From assembly GCA_943350765.1 (NCBI GenBank), contig CALRAJ010000001.1, forward strand, positions 16,873 through 80,872: DNA of 64,000 bases, in the 5' to 3' direction. Positions 60,679-64,000 of the stretch are shown piece by piece. Position 1 is the first letter of the stretch; each line of letters begins with the position of its first letter. The notes under the pieces were generated by a model. It saw only the letters and a program-made list of their open reading frames with translations, did no database searches and was not told the origin of the DNA. The stretch comes from Candidatus Tayloriibacteriota bacterium (GTDB lineage Bacteria > Patescibacteriota > Minisyncoccia > Phycocordibacterales > PALSA-1337). Made by a program: the position numbers and the translations under genes.

Positions 60679-62583
60679 TTACAAAAGACTATCAGGATCG
60701 ACTTTTATACTAACACTCGGCGGGAGTGACTTGAGCTTGGCGAGGAGGTCGGGGTCGATCCATTTTCCACGGGGGAGTTTGATCAAGCCGTGTAGCACAT
60801 AGTTGCCTTTGACTGTGTGGGTAAAAGCAGGAAAAATATCTGCCACATGCGGAGTTAGGGTGTTTTGAATACTATCCATTTGAGCTACTATGGCATCACG
60901 CGACCCTTCCAGAGTAATTTTTATCAAGGTATTAAATGGTGGATAGTCAAATTGTTTCCGTGCCTCTATTTCTGTGCGATAAAAGTCGATAATATTGCCA
61001 CGCAGGGCGTATTCGAGTACCTTTTCCTCGGCGTTTCTAGTCTGCATGAGAAATATATTGCGTGTCATGTAGCGTATTTTTAAAAGTAGATAAAAAATCT
61101 TTTCACTAATACGAAAATCCGGTATCGAGAAAAGTGAATCAATAGAAATGATAGCTGAGTTTTCTATTTTTTCGTGCAGATAAGATAATGCCATTTCGGT
61201 ACCGAGGAGGATACTACCTGGTGATGAATAAAACTGGGCTATTGTATCGATTACCTTTTTTTCTGTTTTAGTGGTATCAGAGTCGATACGAAAAACTTTG
61301 ACTTCTGGAAAACGGTCTTTGATCTTTTGGTCGATGAGGTCAATACCGATGCCGACCGTGCCGAGCTTCCAGCTTCCGCAGACCTTACACATCTCCTCTG
61401 CACTCCGTCTCTCACCACAGCGATGGCATAGAAAAAAGTTTTGTGCCTCATCCTTGCCTTTATGGAGAGTGATAGAAGCACTACATTTTGTACAAGTAAC
61501 AATGTTTTGACAATCTCCGCAGACGGTAGATGGTGCGAGACCTCGGCGAGTAGAGAGGATAAAGAGATGCTCGCTGTTTTCGCGACTTTGCTCGATGAGC
61601 CGTTCTACTTCTGGACTGAGAATCTTGAAACTCGCCTGTGTGCCGTCTGGCTTCTTGTGTTTACGCATATCGATAAGCTCCTGCTTTGCGGTCGAAAGTG
61701 AGCGGAGGGTAAGGGGAGTAAGCTCGACTAGCTCACCGTTTTTGTGTCGCCAAATAGTTTCGGTACGGAGTGAGATATCTCCCATTACGAGCCGAGCGTG
61801 TATCCTTTCAGCAAAATATTCTGCAAAAGTGCGAATATCTAAAAAAGGTCTGGTTTGGATTTTGTATGATTTTGAGTTTTCTTTTTCGAGAATAATGGTG
61901 GCAATATCTGTACGGGGTATCGAGAGGAATGCACCTGTCGCAACAATGAGGATTGGGTGTGATAAATCTTGAAGCTGTTTCCAGATTTCGACAAAGGACT
62001 TTTTTGCAATACCACCATGAAGGACGATAGTGTACTTTTCGATACCTTTTTCGAGGGCTTTGGCTGAGATTTTTGCATCTTCGATAGTGGGGACGCAGAA
62101 AAAGACCGAGGACTTTTTGGCAAATTGTTCACGAATGAGGCTTCGGTAGTTTGCAAAACGGTCAGCATCATCGCCTTGGACGATATATTTTTCTTGGGGT
62201 TTGTGGGCGTGGATATCTACGGATATTTTAGTTTTTAATGAGGTGATATTTTCGAGAATGATTTTTGGAAGGAGGGTATAGAAAGATGCTCCAGCAGTAC
62301 CTGCAAAGTAGTCTGCAGTGTGGAGGACGCTCTCTACATATTCTGGGCGGAGGAACTGTTTGGCTCGGAGCGAGTCGACTTTTTTGACTGCAAAGTCAGA
62401 GGACTTTAGCTCGGATTTTAGCTCGCTGGCTTTTTGGCTTTCGACGACTATCGCAGGTACTATTTTTGACCGTATTGGTACAGACACGAGGGAACCAGGT
62501 ACCACTTCCTTGGCACTAAAATATGAGAGCGTTTCTTTGCCTATGCCTTTGGCAATAGGAATAACCTGCACGATGTACATCAT
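60679..62583 (-). CDS. priA: Primosomal protein N' (PriA) with degenerate helicase motifs
   Basis: RRG..CxxC...CxxC...CxxC...CxxC zinc region, RIDSD, ILLGT, MQT, YPPF; no intact Walker A/B. Confidence 0.88.
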   Translation of the reverse strand: MMYIVQVIPIAKGIGKETLSYFSAKEVVPGSLVSVPIRSKIVPAIVVESQKASELKSELKSSDFAVKKVDSLRAKQFLRPEYVESVLHTADYFAGTAGASFYTLLPKIILENITSLKTKISVDIHAHKPQEKYIVQGDDADRFANYRSLIREQFAKKSSVFFCVPTIEDAKISAKALEKGIEKYTIVLHGGIAKKSFVEIWKQLQDLSHPILIVATGAFLSIPRTDIATIILEKENSKSYKIQTRPFLDIRTFAEYFAERIHARLVMGDISLRTETIWRHKNGELVELTPLTLRSLSTAKQELIDMRKHKKPDGTQASFKILSPEVERLIEQSRENSEHLFILSTRRGLAPSTVCGDCQNIVTCTKCSASITLHKGKDEAQNFFLCHRCGERRSAEEMCKVCGSWKLGTVGIGIDLIDQKIKDRFPEVKVFRIDSDTTKTEKKVIDTIAQFYSSPGSILLGTEMALSYLHEKIENSAIISIDSLFSIPDFRISEKIFYLLLKIRYMTRNIFLMQTRNAEEKVLEYALRGNIIDFYRTEIEARKQFDYPPFNTLIKITLEGSRDAIVAQMDSIQNTLTPHVADIFPAFTHTVKGNYVLHGLIKLPRGKWIDPDLLAKLKSLPPSVSIKVDPDSLL

Positions 62584-62683
62584 ACTAGTATACGCCAATT
62601 CGAGGATTTATGAAGGGAGTGGTTGAGGTTATGTAGAGTTATGCACTTAGTATAAAAACAAATGTGTGTAATCATGTAAGTAC

Positions 62684-63082
62684 ATGAAAAAAGAATATAA
62701 TGAGTGGCATAATAAAAAGAAAGTTTTAAATGAACGAAAAGATATAGACAATATATTTTTCCGTGTAAAAGAAGTTTGGTGGACGGCACTTGGGGTAAAT
62801 ATAGGCTTTGAGCAAGATGGAAAGGGTGAGGAGTTTCGCCGACCCGTTTTAATTTTAAAAAAGTTTAATAAATATGTGGTGCTTGTTGTTCCACTTACAA
62901 CTAAGATTAAGAAAGACAATAAATATTATGTGTCATGCTCTATTGCAAATGATGATATTTTGCGTATGGCAATTATCTCGCAAATTCGCCTGATAGATAC
63001 AAAAAGGTTTATTGATAAACTCGGCGTAGCGAGTGAGGATTCGTATATAAAAATCAAAAACGCGATTAAGGCTATGCTCTAA
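62684..63082 (+). CDS. PemK/MazF-family endoribonuclease toxin
   Basis: EVWW..LG.NIGFEQDGK....RPVLI, VPLTT, SQIRLID.KR. Confidence 0.9.
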   Translation: MKKEYNEWHNKKKVLNERKDIDNIFFRVKEVWWTALGVNIGFEQDGKGEEFRRPVLILKKFNKYVVLVVPLTTKIKKDNKYYVSCSIANDDILRMAIISQIRLIDTKRFIDKLGVASEDSYIKIKNAIKAML

Positions 63083-63216
63083 TCGCGTTCTCGAATTTGT
63101 CTGATTCGTCTTGCAACGAACCGAGCCCGAAGGCCATTTGTACTCAAAGTATATGTCTTTGCGTAATAATAGTCAAGCTCTTGTTTTCTGAGTCAAAAAC
63201 AGGTATAATTGTAAAC

Positions 63217-63450
63217 ATGAATAAATTACTAGTCACTTTTTTGTTACTCGTTGGACTGTTGTCGGTCTCGACCTCAGTGGATGCACGGACGGTGCTTGTA
63301 AAAGGCTACTATAAGCCGAGTACTGGTGCTTATGTGATGCCACATTATAAAACTACACCGAACAAGACCAAGATTGATAATTTTTCTGCAAAGGGGAATT
63401 ATAATCCGTATACAGGGAAGAGTGGAGAGGTAGATCCTTATAAATCGTAA
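63217..63450 (+). CDS. Small secreted hypothetical protein
   Basis: Signal peptide then VKGYYK..G.YV.PHY.T.PN....DN.S.KGN.NPYTG. Confidence 0.8.
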   Translation: MNKLLVTFLLLVGLLSVSTSVDARTVLVKGYYKPSTGAYVMPHYKTTPNKTKIDNFSAKGNYNPYTGKSGEVDPYKS

Positions 63451-63452
63451 AT

Positions 63453-64000
63453 ATGAAGAAACAATTTTTAGTTATAATTTTTTCGATAATCCTTATTCCA
63501 CAAATGGTCATGGCTTCTTGGTGGAACCCCACAACATGGAAAATATTTAATAAAACAAATCAACCCTCAGAAATTGACAGATTGAGAAGTGAGGTCGAAG
63601 AGTTAAAAAAGAAAACCGCTATATCCACTACAATCTCTATTGAAGCCCCTGCGTGCAAAGGATTTTTTTGCAATTCTGTTGTATCAAAACCAAGTACATC
63701 ATCCGATGCTCTTAAAAAGAATACACCTATAACAAAAATAACAAAACCAGTTGCTCCTGCTGGTTCAGTTAAACTTTCAAATGCACAAATAATCAAAAAA
63801 GTTAAACCAGCTACTGTTTACATTTCAACAGATGATGGTTCGGGAAGTGGGATGGTTTTTTCATCAGATGGGTATATCTTGACCAATGCCCACGTTGTCA
63901 AAGGAGTTAGTGGTGTAAGAGTTTCTCTGTCTACAGGCGAGATAATTGGTGGTACGGTTGTAGGTAGAGATGAAGAGGTTGATTTGGCGGTAATAAAATT
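63453..64000 (+). CDS. Secreted trypsin-like serine protease (partial, runs off the right edge)
   Basis: Signal peptide, ASWWNP, GSGSGM, ILTNAHVV, DLAVIK read manually from ATG 63453. Confidence 0.85.
   Translation, partial: MKKQFLVIIFSIILIPQMVMASWWNPTTWKIFNKTNQPSEIDRLRSEVEELKKKTAISTTISIEAPACKGFFCNSVVSKPSTSSDALKKNTPITKITKPVAPAGSVKLSNAQIIKKVKPATVYISTDDGSGSGMVFSSDGYILTNAHVVKGVSGVRVSLSTGEIIGGTVVGRDEEVDLAVIK

Overview
About 64 kb of an AT-rich, compact bacterial chromosome using the standard genetic code. The gene content and style (short ProRS, GAD-less non-discriminating AspRS, single-chain helicase-nuclease, many apparently leaderless genes) suggest a Patescibacteria/CPR, probably Parcubacteria, genome; this placement is inference. 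Most genes are housekeeping: trpS, aspS, proS, hisS, scpAB, mraY-like, mreBC plus a small MreD-position gene, mrdA, tgt, uvrB, uvrA, murE, zwf, ftsW, murG, dus, dnaX, hpf, fmt, def, priA and two tRNAs (Gln, Asn). Accessory genes include a type III R-M locus with two small genes between mod and res, a hicBA-like pair, an orphan MazF/PemK toxin and a GIY-YIG nuclease. The most unusual content is non-coding. (1) Seven copies of a modular 114-245 bp element with covarying stems and strand-specific G-U pairs (family A). (2) Clusters of palindromes that keep a fixed GGCT-N6-AGCC-N9-GGCT-N13/14-AGCC spacing despite sequence change. (3) A CAGTAG-loop hairpin family, one copy of which sits in frame inside uvrB. 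(4) Two copies of a ~230-260 bp REP/IS200-IS605-like element. (5) A T-box with an apparently very short stem I upstream of aspS. (6) A classical attenuator upstream of an unknown GC-rich protein and an M28 peptidase. (7) An antisense copy of the tRNA-Asn 3' end in its own trailer. No transposase, CRISPR array or rRNA was seen. All structures were read by eye and not computed.
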